Origin: an uncultured Faecalibacterium sp.
Lineage (GTDB): Bacteria; Bacillota; Clostridia; Oscillospirales; Ruminococcaceae
Assembly: GCA_934501115.1 (NCBI GenBank)
Contig: CAKSTO010000001.1
Span: 2,022 to 66,021 of the forward strand
DNA: 64,000 bases
Reading direction: 5' to 3'
Made by a program: the position numbers and the translations under genes. Under the pieces are notes generated by a model, which did no database searches, was not told the origin of the DNA, and was given only the letters and a program-made list of their open reading frames with translations. Of this stretch, positions 27,128 through 35,884 are shown piece by piece (position 1 is the first letter of the stretch; every line of letters begins with the position of its first letter).

Positions 27128-29098
27128 ATGGCAGTACGAAAAATCTATCTTTCCATACCGGAATATCCTTACGCGAAGGAGATCTCGGTCACATTCCCTT
27201 GGGCGAACGGCTCCAGACATCAGAACGTGCAGGCGGTGCTGGATACGTTTCATGATGTATACCCGGAAGTGCCGGCGCTGGAAGTGAGTCTGGCGTCTTT
27301 GCAGCCGGAGGGCATCCATGCGGCTGCTATGAAGCTGCCGCTGCATCTGGTGGGGAGCGGTCAGGATGTGCCTGTAGGCATCGTGTATGAGGCATCCAAG
27401 GTGTTTGAAAACGGCGGACCGTACGCAGACCTGCTGCAGTGCTCCCGGCAGAAGGTTCTGAAGGATGCCCGGCTTCAGCAGAGCGGGAAATGCGTGGGAT
27501 ACCGGCTGGAGGATATGGAATATCCGGCAGAGCCGCATCCCTATGCGTTTTTCAACTGGCTCTATGCCTGTGCTCTGCGCCAGAACCATGAGAAGACGGA
27601 CAGCATCCTGAAGTTCGGGGCGTTCTCGGATCTGGAGCTTGGCAGCACCAAAAAGGATCGAAACAGCCCGGCGCGGGCAGCGGCGGTATATGCAGGGCTT
27701 GCCGCAGCCGGAAAACTGGCCTGTCTGGAGTCGTATGAGGCTTTTGTGGCGCAGACCTGTGTGGAGCCTGCAGCTCCGGAATCTGCGGCGGGAGAAAATG
27801 CAGAGCAGCAGCTCCCGGAAGCGGAAAATACAGAGCCTGCCGCACAGGAAAATACGCCTGATGCACCCCAAAAGGAGGGTACAGTTCCGGCACCGACCGA
27901 GGAAATGCCGGCTGCTGCGCCGGAAGAGCCGCCGACGGCGGAGGGCGTGCCGATCCCCACAGTAGAGCAGATGAAGGAGATCAGCTACGCGCCGAAGGTG
28001 AAGAATCTGCTGATCTCCATGGCAAAAAATGCAGGCCTTTCGGCCAGAACAGCCGCAGGGATCGTAAAACTCGGACGCAGCCTTCTGCTGACGAACTATC
28101 AGAAAGCGCTGGAGGAAGGGACACTTTGCATCAATCCGGAAAAGAACAAGGTCACCTTTGTGCTGGAAAATCCGGAGACCGGGTTCCGGACGGTCGGGCA
28201 GCTGACCCGCTGCCCGGTGTTCGTGCACGGGTGGAAGCTCAACTATCAGTCCTGCGAGCCGGCTGCTGCGCCGGAAGAACCGCCGATGCCCGCAGAGCCT
28301 GTTTATCCGACCGCAGAGGAATATCTGCGCAGCCATGGCTATACGATCACGCAGCAGGTGCTGGAGGCAGACCTGCCGCCGATGGCAGTTCAGAAACTGG
28401 CATGGGAGACGGGAGAGGCTCTGCGTGATCCGGCTGCGGCTGCATTCCTGCAATTCATCCGCAGTCATCTTCAGTTCCATGATCTGTTCACCTTCCGGAT
28501 GCCGAAGGATGCCGCGCAGGAGTCGAAGGAGCTTGTGGTGGCGCTTGCCCAGAGCTGGGATCATCTGGGGCTGTTTTCGGAATGCAGCGCCACCACTGCC
28601 CGCATCGTCTGCAGGCTGGCGTCGGAGAACGAAATGGTGCGCAGCTTTGCCAGCGGCCATTGGCTGGAGCTTTACGTGGTGCACAGTGTGCAAAAGGTGC
28701 TGGAACGCTTCCGCACGGAGCAGGACGCGGCGGTTTCACTGTGCTCCAATGTGATCCTTTCCGACTCGCCGGAGGTAAGCTCGTCCCACGAGCTGGATGT
28801 TGCATTCTCGGTAAACGGGGTCTTTTTCTGGGTCGAGGCAAAATCCTCCAGCCGGAACATCAACTATGGAAAATACGCAGATCTGTGCAAAAAACTGCAG
28901 GTAACGCCGGATCAGCTGCTGCTGGTCAACAGCGACCTCTCAGAGGAGGACTGCAGCGGAGTGTCCTACTTCTGGCCTTATCGCATTGCAAACTGCGCAA
29001 TGATGGAGCAGAGACTGGAGGAAATGATTCGCGGACAGCTGGGGATCGATGCGGCACACAAAGAGGAAAATGCAGGGGCAGCGCGGCAAAATACGTGA
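27128..29098 (+). CDS. Multidomain hypothetical protein: unknown N-terminal domain, two Pro/Ala/Glu-rich linkers, a central domain and a C-terminal NERD/PD-(D/E)xK-like nuclease-fold domain
   Basis: The C-terminus GHWLELYVVHSVQ...HELDVAFSVNGVFFWVEAKSS fits a D...E-x-K restriction-endonuclease-fold / NERD pattern. The linkers PAAPESAAGENAEQQLPEAENTEPAAQENTPDAPQ and EPAAAPEEPPMPAEPVYP are low-complexity. It has a GGAGG RBS. Confidence 0.5.
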   Translation: MAVRKIYLSIPEYPYAKEISVTFPWANGSRHQNVQAVLDTFHDVYPEVPALEVSLASLQPEGIHAAAMKLPLHLVGSGQDVPVGIVYEASKVFENGGPYADLLQCSRQKVLKDARLQQSGKCVGYRLEDMEYPAEPHPYAFFNWLYACALRQNHEKTDSILKFGAFSDLELGSTKKDRNSPARAAAVYAGLAAAGKLACLESYEAFVAQTCVEPAAPESAAGENAEQQLPEAENTEPAAQENTPDAPQKEGTVPAPTEEMPAAAPEEPPTAEGVPIPTVEQMKEISYAPKVKNLLISMAKNAGLSARTAAGIVKLGRSLLLTNYQKALEEGTLCINPEKNKVTFVLENPETGFRTVGQLTRCPVFVHGWKLNYQSCEPAAAPEEPPMPAEPVYPTAEEYLRSHGYTITQQVLEADLPPMAVQKLAWETGEALRDPAAAAFLQFIRSHLQFHDLFTFRMPKDAAQESKELVVALAQSWDHLGLFSECSATTARIVCRLASENEMVRSFASGHWLELYVVHSVQKVLERFRTEQDAAVSLCSNVILSDSPEVSSSHELDVAFSVNGVFFWVEAKSSSRNINYGKYADLCKKLQVTPDQLLLVNSDLSEEDCSGVSYFWPYRIANCAMMEQRLEEMIRGQLGIDAAHKEENAGAARQNT

Positions 29099-29150
29099 GC
29101 GTACGCCAATGAATCCCGGAATGAGATTTGACGGAGGGGCAGGGAGCAGA

Positions 29151-30062
29151 ATGGAGATCGGTCACGGCGGAACAGCATACTATCATCTCCCGGGGCTCTT
29201 TGAGTTTTATGAGCTGTACCGCCTGTTTTTGCCGCTGTTCCGGGAGCACAGAGAATATTTTTACGACTGGTGCGAGATCGGCTCCATCTACGGCGCACCG
29301 GCAGACTGCATCTGGGGCGGAGGGCGCACAGGCTCCGGAGAGCAGAGTGCCGGAGAAGTGCTGGCGCTGCTGCGGGAATACGGGATCTCTGCCCGGCTGA
29401 CGTTCAGCAATTCACTGCTGCGGGAAGAACATCTTTCTGACCGGAAGTGCAATGCCCTCTGTGCACTGTTTGAAAAAAGCGGCGGGGTGCGCAATGGTGT
29501 GATCCTTTATTCGGATCTTTTGCTGGATCACCTGAAAAAGCATTACCCGGGGCTTTATTTCGTTTCCTCCACGACCAAGGTGCTGACGGAGTTCCGGCAG
29601 CTCCGGCAGGAGCTTGACCGGGAAGAGTTCCGGTTTGTAGTTCCGGATTTCCGGCTGAACACGGCAGCGGCAGAGCTGGCCGGGCTGACAGACCGGCAGA
29701 AAGATAAGGTGGAGCTTCTCTGCAACGAGTGCTGCTGGCCGGGCTGCACGGATCGCAGGCGCTGCTACGAAAATGTCAGCCGCAGAAATCTGGGCGAGAT
29801 CTGCCCGGAACACCATTGCGCCGCGCCGGACGCACAGGAAGGCTACCGCTTTTCCAAAGCCATGGAAAGCCCCTGCTTTATTGGCACGGAGGAGATCCAA
29901 ACGCGCTGGATGCCGATGGGCTTTTCCAATTTCAAGATCGAGGGGCGCGGGCTGGGCAGCGCACTGATCCTGGAATTTCTGCTTTACTATCTGACGAAGC
30001 CGGAGGCTCAGCTGCGGGTCCGGGAAGCGATCTATCTGGACAATATGCTGGATCTGTTCTGA
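29151..30062 (+). CDS. Cys-rich hypothetical protein
   Basis: It has an AGGGAG/GGAGGGG RBS. The cluster CNECCWPGC...C...CPEHHC suggests metal binding. No family was recognised. Confidence 0.45.
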   Translation: MEIGHGGTAYYHLPGLFEFYELYRLFLPLFREHREYFYDWCEIGSIYGAPADCIWGGGRTGSGEQSAGEVLALLREYGISARLTFSNSLLREEHLSDRKCNALCALFEKSGGVRNGVILYSDLLLDHLKKHYPGLYFVSSTTKVLTEFRQLRQELDREEFRFVVPDFRLNTAAAELAGLTDRQKDKVELLCNECCWPGCTDRRRCYENVSRRNLGEICPEHHCAAPDAQEGYRFSKAMESPCFIGTEEIQTRWMPMGFSNFKIEGRGLGSALILEFLLYYLTKPEAQLRVREAIYLDNMLDLF

Positions 30063-30109
30063 AAAAAACCGGATCCGGCAGGGATCCGGTATGGGGCGAG
30101 AAAAAGCCC

Positions 30110-31042
30110 TTAGTCCACCACTGGGATGTCCAGCCCGAATTCCAGCGGGCGGAAGCGGGGGCAGACATTCTCGGTGATGCAGATGACGGATGCCGCCAGA
30201 CGGCTGCCGATCTCGCAGGAATCGGCCAGAGTCTTGCCGTAGGTCAGTCCGATGACCGTACCGGCAAAAAAGGCATCGCCTGCACCGGTGGTGTCGATGA
30301 CATCCACTTTCTTGGCGGGCACGATGCCGGAGCCGCCGTCTGCACAGGCGTACACAGCACCCTGACTGCCCATGGTGATCACCATGCTGGGGATGTTGGC
30401 GCTGTGGACGTTTGCGGCCAGAACGCTGCGCATCTCGTCAGGAGCCAAATGGCCGTAGTCGTCTGAAAAAAGCAGACCGGCCTCCTGCTGATTGCACACG
30501 AAACAGTCGATCTGTTGCAGAAAATCGCGCCGCTCCATGGCGATGCTCATGTTGGAAATGGCAGCAAAAACCTTCTTGCCATATTTTTTGGCATAGTGCA
30601 GCACCTGCTTGACGGTGTCTTTTTCCAGATCCAGCTCCAGCGCAATGGCATCGCAGCCGGCAAAGATCTCATCGCCTTTTTCTTTCAGCAGACCGGTGAG
30701 CGGGGTGGTGTCCGGCCGCTTGGAAATGGCCGCGTGCACATCGCCGTCGTTGTCAAAAATGGCCAGCCAGGTGCCCATGCCGTCTGGTACGCGTTGGATA
30801 TACCGGGTGTTCACCTTGTGATTTTCCAGCTTGGTGATCACATCCTGCCCCATGCCGGTGTCGTCCACAAGACTGACAAAGGTAGGGCGCAGCTCCACGT
30901 TGGCGATATCCTCCACGACGTTGCGGCATACACCGCCATGCACCTGCTCAATGCGCCCGGCGTTGCGCCCGCCCGGGATATAGGTGGACAGAGGATACCC
31001 CTTGATGTCCACAAAAACAGCTCCGATTACAACGATTCCCAT
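30110..31042 (-). CDS. PfkB/ribokinase-family carbohydrate or nucleoside kinase
   Basis: DTTGAGDAF is the PfkB signature 2. The start at MGIVVIGA has a GAGAGG RBS. Confidence 0.8.
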   Translation of the reverse strand: MGIVVIGAVFVDIKGYPLSTYIPGGRNAGRIEQVHGGVCRNVVEDIANVELRPTFVSLVDDTGMGQDVITKLENHKVNTRYIQRVPDGMGTWLAIFDNDGDVHAAISKRPDTTPLTGLLKEKGDEIFAGCDAIALELDLEKDTVKQVLHYAKKYGKKVFAAISNMSIAMERRDFLQQIDCFVCNQQEAGLLFSDDYGHLAPDEMRSVLAANVHSANIPSMVITMGSQGAVYACADGGSGIVPAKKVDVIDTTGAGDAFFAGTVIGLTYGKTLADSCEIGSRLAASVICITENVCPRFRPLEFGLDIPVVD

Positions 31043-31183
31043 AGCAAAAACCTCTCTGCAGAAAATAGTTATACGCATTATACCGTATTCTGACGCAATA
31101 TGCTATCCCTTTTGCCGATTCGGGACGAAAACAGCACCGGGATGCAGTTCCCGGTGCTGTTGATGCAAAGGTGCGGACAGGAG

Positions 31184-32137
31184 TTACAGTGCCGTCTGTG
31201 CCGTCCGTACAAGATATTCCATGGCTTCCACAGGGTAGCGGCCGGCGGCAGTCTCGCCGGTCAGCATGACACTGGCAGCACCGTCCAGAACGGCGTTGTA
31301 GATATCGCTCACCTCGGCGCGGGTAGGCACAGCCCGGGTGCACATGCTGTCCAGCATCTGGGTCACGACCATGAAAGGAACGCCCGCCTCCCGGCAGAGC
31401 GCCGAAAGCTGCTTCTGACAGCGGGGCAGCTCCCACAGCGGCATGGCGTTGCCAAGGTCGCCCCGGGCGATGACCACTTCGTCCACCAGATGCACAAACT
31501 CCGGCAGAGCGCGCACCCCGGCCTGATTCTCGATCTTGGCAAAGATGCGGATCTCCGGCGCACAGGCTTCGTCCAGTGCCCGGCGCAGATGACGGATGTC
31601 CTCCGCACCCCGCACAAAGGGCAGCATGACACCGGTGACACCGCACTGCTTTGCAATCTTCAGATTCCGCAGGTCTTCCGCTGTCAGGGTGGGAGAGGGG
31701 ATCTCCGCGCCCGGCACGGCAATGCTTTTGCGGCTCTGCAGCACACCGCCCCGCAGCACGGTGCAGACGAGGGCACCGGCTTCGGCGTATTCGGCCTGCA
31801 CCAACAGCCTGCCGTCATCCAGCAGGAGCTGCTGTCCGGGTGCTGCGGTTCGTACCAGAGCTTCCGGACAGGGGATGCCGCCGGTGCCGAGACGCACCGT
31901 GCTGCCTTCGGTCAGAGGAAGCGGCGCAGGAAGAACGCCAATGCGCAGCTCCGGCCCCTGCAGGTCGATGAGCAGCTCCCGGATGCCGGCTTCACGGATC
32001 ATCTGCAGCCAGTCGGTGTGCTGTGCGAGAGAGCCGTGTGAAAGATTCATACGGATGCCGGTCATGCCGACACCTGCCATGCGGCGCAGCATTTCCGTCT
32101 GGGCGCAGGCCGGGCCGATGGTACCATAGAAGTCCAA
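31184..32137 (-). CDS. Pyruvate-kinase-like protein with A and B domains only and no C-terminal regulatory domain
   Basis: It has the PK motifs GIRMNLSHGS, KIENQAG, IARGDLG, MVVTQMLDSM and MLTGETAAGRYP. It is 317 aa, where typical bacterial PykF is about 470 aa. Translation starts at TTG. Confidence 0.7.
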   Translation of the reverse strand: MDFYGTIGPACAQTEMLRRMAGVGMTGIRMNLSHGSLAQHTDWLQMIREAGIRELLIDLQGPELRIGVLPAPLPLTEGSTVRLGTGGIPCPEALVRTAAPGQQLLLDDGRLLVQAEYAEAGALVCTVLRGGVLQSRKSIAVPGAEIPSPTLTAEDLRNLKIAKQCGVTGVMLPFVRGAEDIRHLRRALDEACAPEIRIFAKIENQAGVRALPEFVHLVDEVVIARGDLGNAMPLWELPRCQKQLSALCREAGVPFMVVTQMLDSMCTRAVPTRAEVSDIYNAVLDGAASVMLTGETAAGRYPVEAMEYLVRTAQTAL

Positions 32138-32276
32138 GAATGATCCCTCGATTCTGCTTTTTTTCTATTGTAACATGAACTGCCCGGGATGAAAAGGGGC
32201 AGCTTGCGGTCGATGAGGGCAGAGTAACGAAAAAGGCATGTGCAAGGAAAAGCACATGCCTTTTTCGTTACAGGTC

Positions 32277-33668
32277 TTATCGCTCGGATGCAAAAAATTC
32301 CCGGGTCAGTCTGGCCACTGTGCCGGAGAGCAGCAGCAGCGCGATAAGGTTCGGGATGCTCATCAGGCCGTTGAAAGTGTCGGCGATGCTCCATAAAAGC
32401 CCTAAGTCTACCGTTGCGCCCAGAATGGACACGAAGGAGTAGACCACGAAAAAGGGCTTTGCCACCTTGTCGCTGCGGCACAGGAACACGAGGAACCGGG
32501 AACCGTACAATCCCCAGCCGATGATGGTGGAAAAAGCAAAACAGCACAGCGCCACAGCGGTAAAGATGGATGCCCAGCCGCCATAGGTGGTGGTAAAGCC
32601 GCTGATGGTCAACTCGGCACCGGCGGCAGTGCCGTAATTCACGGGGGTGCCGCTGCACAGGATGACCATGGCGGTCAGGGTGCAGATGACGATGGTATCG
32701 GCAAATACCTCAAAAATGCCGAACATCCCCTGCTTGGCCGGCTTTTTGGTGTCGGCGCAGGCGTGAGCGATGGAACCGGTGCCGAGGCCGGCTTCGTTGG
32801 AGAAGATGCCGCGGGAGACGCCCTTCTGCATACTGACGAACAGGCTGCCGATGGTGCCGCCGGTGAAGGCGGCCGGGGTGAACGCACCGGCAACGATGGA
32901 CGTGAATACATGGGGCAGACGCTCAAAATTCAGCACCATGACGCCTGCGGCCAGCGCGATATAGAACAGCGCCATAAAGGGCACCAGCTTTTCGCTGACG
33001 CTGCCGATGCGCTTGATGCCGCCCAGCAGCACCATTGCCACCAGCATGGCCACGGCGATGCCCACCACAAGGTTCAGGGTGGAAAGCATCCCGCTGCCCA
33101 CTACGCCATACTCCAGCAGTGCGGTATCAATGGCGGCAACGATGGTGTTGACCTGTGTGGCGTTGCCGGTGCCAAACACGGTCAGCACGCCGAACAGGGA
33201 GTACAGCACGGCAAGGAACTGCCAGTTCCGGCTCAGGCCGTTTTTCATGTAATACATGGGGCCGCCGACCCATTCGCCGGTCTCACTGCGCTCACGGTAG
33301 TACACGGCCAGAGTGACCTCGGCAAACTTGGTGCACATGCCCAGCAGGGCAGAGCACCACATCCAGAACACCGCACCCGGGCCGCCGATGGCAATGGCAC
33401 CTGCCACACCGGCGATATTGCCGGTGCCCACGGTGCCCGCCAGTGCGGTGCACACTGCCTGAAACGGGGTCATGGCACCGTCGGAAGCATCTTTTTTGCG
33501 GAACATGCGCCCGATGGTGGTCTTGATGGCGTAAGGAAATTTGCGGATCTGCAAAAAGCCTGTGCGCACGCTGAGCAGAAGCCCCACACCGATGATGCAC
33601 ACCATGGCGGGCACGCCCCAGATGAAATTGTTGACCGCCTGATTGACGGCCGTGATCGTTTCGATCAT
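32277..33668 (-). CDS. Alanine/glycine:cation symporter (AGCS family)
   Basis: It is a multi-TM protein with FQAVCTALAGTVGTGNIAGVAGAIAIGGPGAVFWMW, which is characteristic of AGCS. Confidence 0.85.
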   Translation of the reverse strand: MIETITAVNQAVNNFIWGVPAMVCIIGVGLLLSVRTGFLQIRKFPYAIKTTIGRMFRKKDASDGAMTPFQAVCTALAGTVGTGNIAGVAGAIAIGGPGAVFWMWCSALLGMCTKFAEVTLAVYYRERSETGEWVGGPMYYMKNGLSRNWQFLAVLYSLFGVLTVFGTGNATQVNTIVAAIDTALLEYGVVGSGMLSTLNLVVGIAVAMLVAMVLLGGIKRIGSVSEKLVPFMALFYIALAAGVMVLNFERLPHVFTSIVAGAFTPAAFTGGTIGSLFVSMQKGVSRGIFSNEAGLGTGSIAHACADTKKPAKQGMFGIFEVFADTIVICTLTAMVILCSGTPVNYGTAAGAELTISGFTTTYGGWASIFTAVALCCFAFSTIIGWGLYGSRFLVFLCRSDKVAKPFFVVYSFVSILGATVDLGLLWSIADTFNGLMSIPNLIALLLLSGTVARLTREFFASER

Positions 33669-33728
33669 GATTTTCCCACATCCTCTGTCGTTTTTGCGTT
33701 TTCAGGCCGCAATGCCGGAAAACAATTT

Positions 33729-33758
33729 ATTCTATCGCTTTTTCCACACGGTGTCAAA
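33729..33758 (-). promoter_or_regulatory. Putative promoter (TTGACA-17-TAGAAT) for the symporter/PK-like/PfkB operon
   Basis: Read on the minus strand: ttgacaccgtgtggaaaaagcgatagaat. Confidence 0.4.
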
Positions 33759-33900
33759 TAAAAATGCTCAGAAAGCGGAGGAAAAAGTCCCGCACGGCTC
33801 TTTTTGCGTCCGGACATCTTTTCTGCAGCGGTAAGACGTGGTAGAATAGAAAAAACAGCCTGCAGCGAAGAAAAGTGAGATTCAGAGAGGAGATGTTTCT

Positions 33901-35640
33901 ATGCAGCCAGATGCGCTGAAATGCAGGATCCCGGCAGGCAGGGGAGATGCTCCTGCCGATCTGGTTTTGAAAAATGCCAGAATCGTCAATGTGTTTACCG
34001 ATGAGATCGACACTGCGGATATTGCCGTCTGCGGAAACTGCATTGTGGGCGTGGGTGCGTATCACGGCCGTAAAGAAGTCGATCTGCAGGGCAGGTATGT
34101 CTGTCCCGGCCTGATCGATGGGCATATCCACATCGAAAGCTCCATGCTCTGCGGGCCGGCGTTTGAGCAGGCAGTGCTGCCGCACGGTACCACCGCAGTG
34201 ATCACAGATCCGCACGAGATCTCGAACGTTGCGGGGCTGGAAGGCTTGGATTTTATGCTGGAAACGACAAAAAATCTGACCCTTTCGGTTTATTTCATGC
34301 TGCCCTCCTGTGTTCCGGCCACGGATCTGGATGAATCGGGCGCAGTGCTGAATGCGGAACAGCTTCGGCCTTATTACCGCAGTCCCCGCGTGCTGGGGCT
34401 TGCGGAACTGATGAATGCGTATGGAACGGTTCACTGTGATCCCGGGATTTTGCAGAAGATCTGTGACTGCACCGAAGCGGGGAAGATCGTGGATGGACAC
34501 GCGCCGCTGCTGAGCGGCAGCGAACTGAACGCCTACATTGCGGCGGGCGTTCAGTCGGATCACGAATGCTCTGATTTGAAGGAAGCAATGGAAAAACTCC
34601 GGCGCGGACAATACATTATGATCCGTGAAGGCACCGCCGCCAAAAATATGGACGCGCTGATGCCGCTGTTCCGGGAGCCATATTGCAGCCGCTGTATGCT
34701 GGTGACGGACGATAAGCACCCGGATGATCTGCTGCGCAGCGGACACATCGACCACAACATCCGCAAGGCGATCCGATCGGGTGCAGACCCGGCGCTGGCG
34801 GTCAAAATGGCAACGCTGATCCCGGCGCAGTATTTCGGTCTAAAGCAGCATGGTGCCGTGGCACCGGGGTATCTGGCCGATCTGATCGTAGTCTCTGATC
34901 TGGAGTCTTTCACGGTCGAACAGGTTTACAAGAACGGCACGCTGGTGGCAGAGCACGGAAAAACGCTGAAACCCGCATCGCTTCAAATCGACCATGCACG
35001 CTTTGCACGCGTGATGGATTCGTTTGATATGGAGGAGATCACGCTTCACGATCTGGAGCTGCGGCAGAGCGGCGATCACGAGCGCGTCATCTGCCTGAAT
35101 CAGAATGAGCTGTTCACAGATGAGAAGATCATACCGTTTCAGCAGCATCCGGGCAAGGCTCCCGGTGTGGATCCGGAACAGCAGATCGTGAAACTGGCCG
35201 TTTTTGAGCGGCATCATCATACCGGACATACGGGCATCGGTTTTCTGGGAAATTTCAGTTTGAAATGCGGAGCAGTCGCATCGAGCATCGCACACGATTC
35301 TCATAATCTGATCGTAGCAGGTGACAACGACGCAGATATGATGCTGGCCGGAAACACTGTGCGGAAAAACAAGGGCGGGCTTGCATTTGTGGCAAACGGA
35401 CGTGTTATGGCAGAGATTGCTCTTCCGGTGGCCGGATTGATGAGCACGGAAAGCGCCGAGAGCGTGGCGGTAAAAATGCAGGCGATGAACGATGCCCTCA
35501 AGGCACACGGTGTAACGGAGGATATCGGCATCTTTATGACGCTTGCCTTTGCCAGCCTTCCGGTGATCCCGAAGCTCAGGCTGAATACTTACGGTGTTGT
35601 AGACGTGGCACAGCAGAAAATCGTTCCGGCTGTTTTCTGA
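33901..35640 (+). CDS. ade: Adenine deaminase
   Basis: It has amidohydrolase-fold metal-binding motifs PGLIDGHIHIESSM, and its ~579 aa length is typical of the Ade/AdeC family. Confidence 0.85.
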   Translation: MQPDALKCRIPAGRGDAPADLVLKNARIVNVFTDEIDTADIAVCGNCIVGVGAYHGRKEVDLQGRYVCPGLIDGHIHIESSMLCGPAFEQAVLPHGTTAVITDPHEISNVAGLEGLDFMLETTKNLTLSVYFMLPSCVPATDLDESGAVLNAEQLRPYYRSPRVLGLAELMNAYGTVHCDPGILQKICDCTEAGKIVDGHAPLLSGSELNAYIAAGVQSDHECSDLKEAMEKLRRGQYIMIREGTAAKNMDALMPLFREPYCSRCMLVTDDKHPDDLLRSGHIDHNIRKAIRSGADPALAVKMATLIPAQYFGLKQHGAVAPGYLADLIVVSDLESFTVEQVYKNGTLVAEHGKTLKPASLQIDHARFARVMDSFDMEEITLHDLELRQSGDHERVICLNQNELFTDEKIIPFQQHPGKAPGVDPEQQIVKLAVFERHHHTGHTGIGFLGNFSLKCGAVASSIAHDSHNLIVAGDNDADMMLAGNTVRKNKGGLAFVANGRVMAEIALPVAGLMSTESAESVAVKMQAMNDALKAHGVTEDIGIFMTLAFASLPVIPKLRLNTYGVVDVAQQKIVPAVF

Positions 35641-35742
35641 CGGACGCTCTGACCGGAGCAGCATGGGATCCTGCAGAGAAACGAAAAGATCCGGATCTTT
35701 TCCAATCAGGGAGAGATCCGGATCTTTATTTTGTGAAATGGA

Positions 35743-35871
35743 TCATTTCCGGCTTGTCAGCCGGTTGAGCAGCATCACAGCCAGAACAATGACGCCGATC
35801 ACAAGAACGATGCCGACCATCCCGATGAGCATCATCGGCAGTGTGGTCATCCACGAAGAAAGATGAAGCAT
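35743..35871 (-). CDS. Unlisted small membrane protein (43 aa, single TM), possibly a decarboxylase-associated (OadG-like) subunit
   Basis: A GGGAGG RBS lies 7 nt upstream of the ATG. It starts 13 nt after the stop of the beta-subunit gene. The peptide is MLHLSSWMTTLPMMLIGMVGIVLVIGVIVLAVMLLNRLTSRK. It is below the 60-aa cutoff of the ORF track. Confidence 0.4.
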   Translation of the reverse strand: MLHLSSWMTTLPMMLIGMVGIVLVIGVIVLAVMLLNRLTSRK

Positions 35872-35884
35872 AAATGTACCTCCC

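Noticed and set aside
33669-33900. Purine or glycine riboswitch in the divergent region between the alanine symporter operon and adenine deaminase
   Set aside because: No purine-riboswitch core (UAUNNGGGA…CCGUAA) or glycine-riboswitch conserved boxes could be found. Only ordinary promoter-like hexamers were seen.
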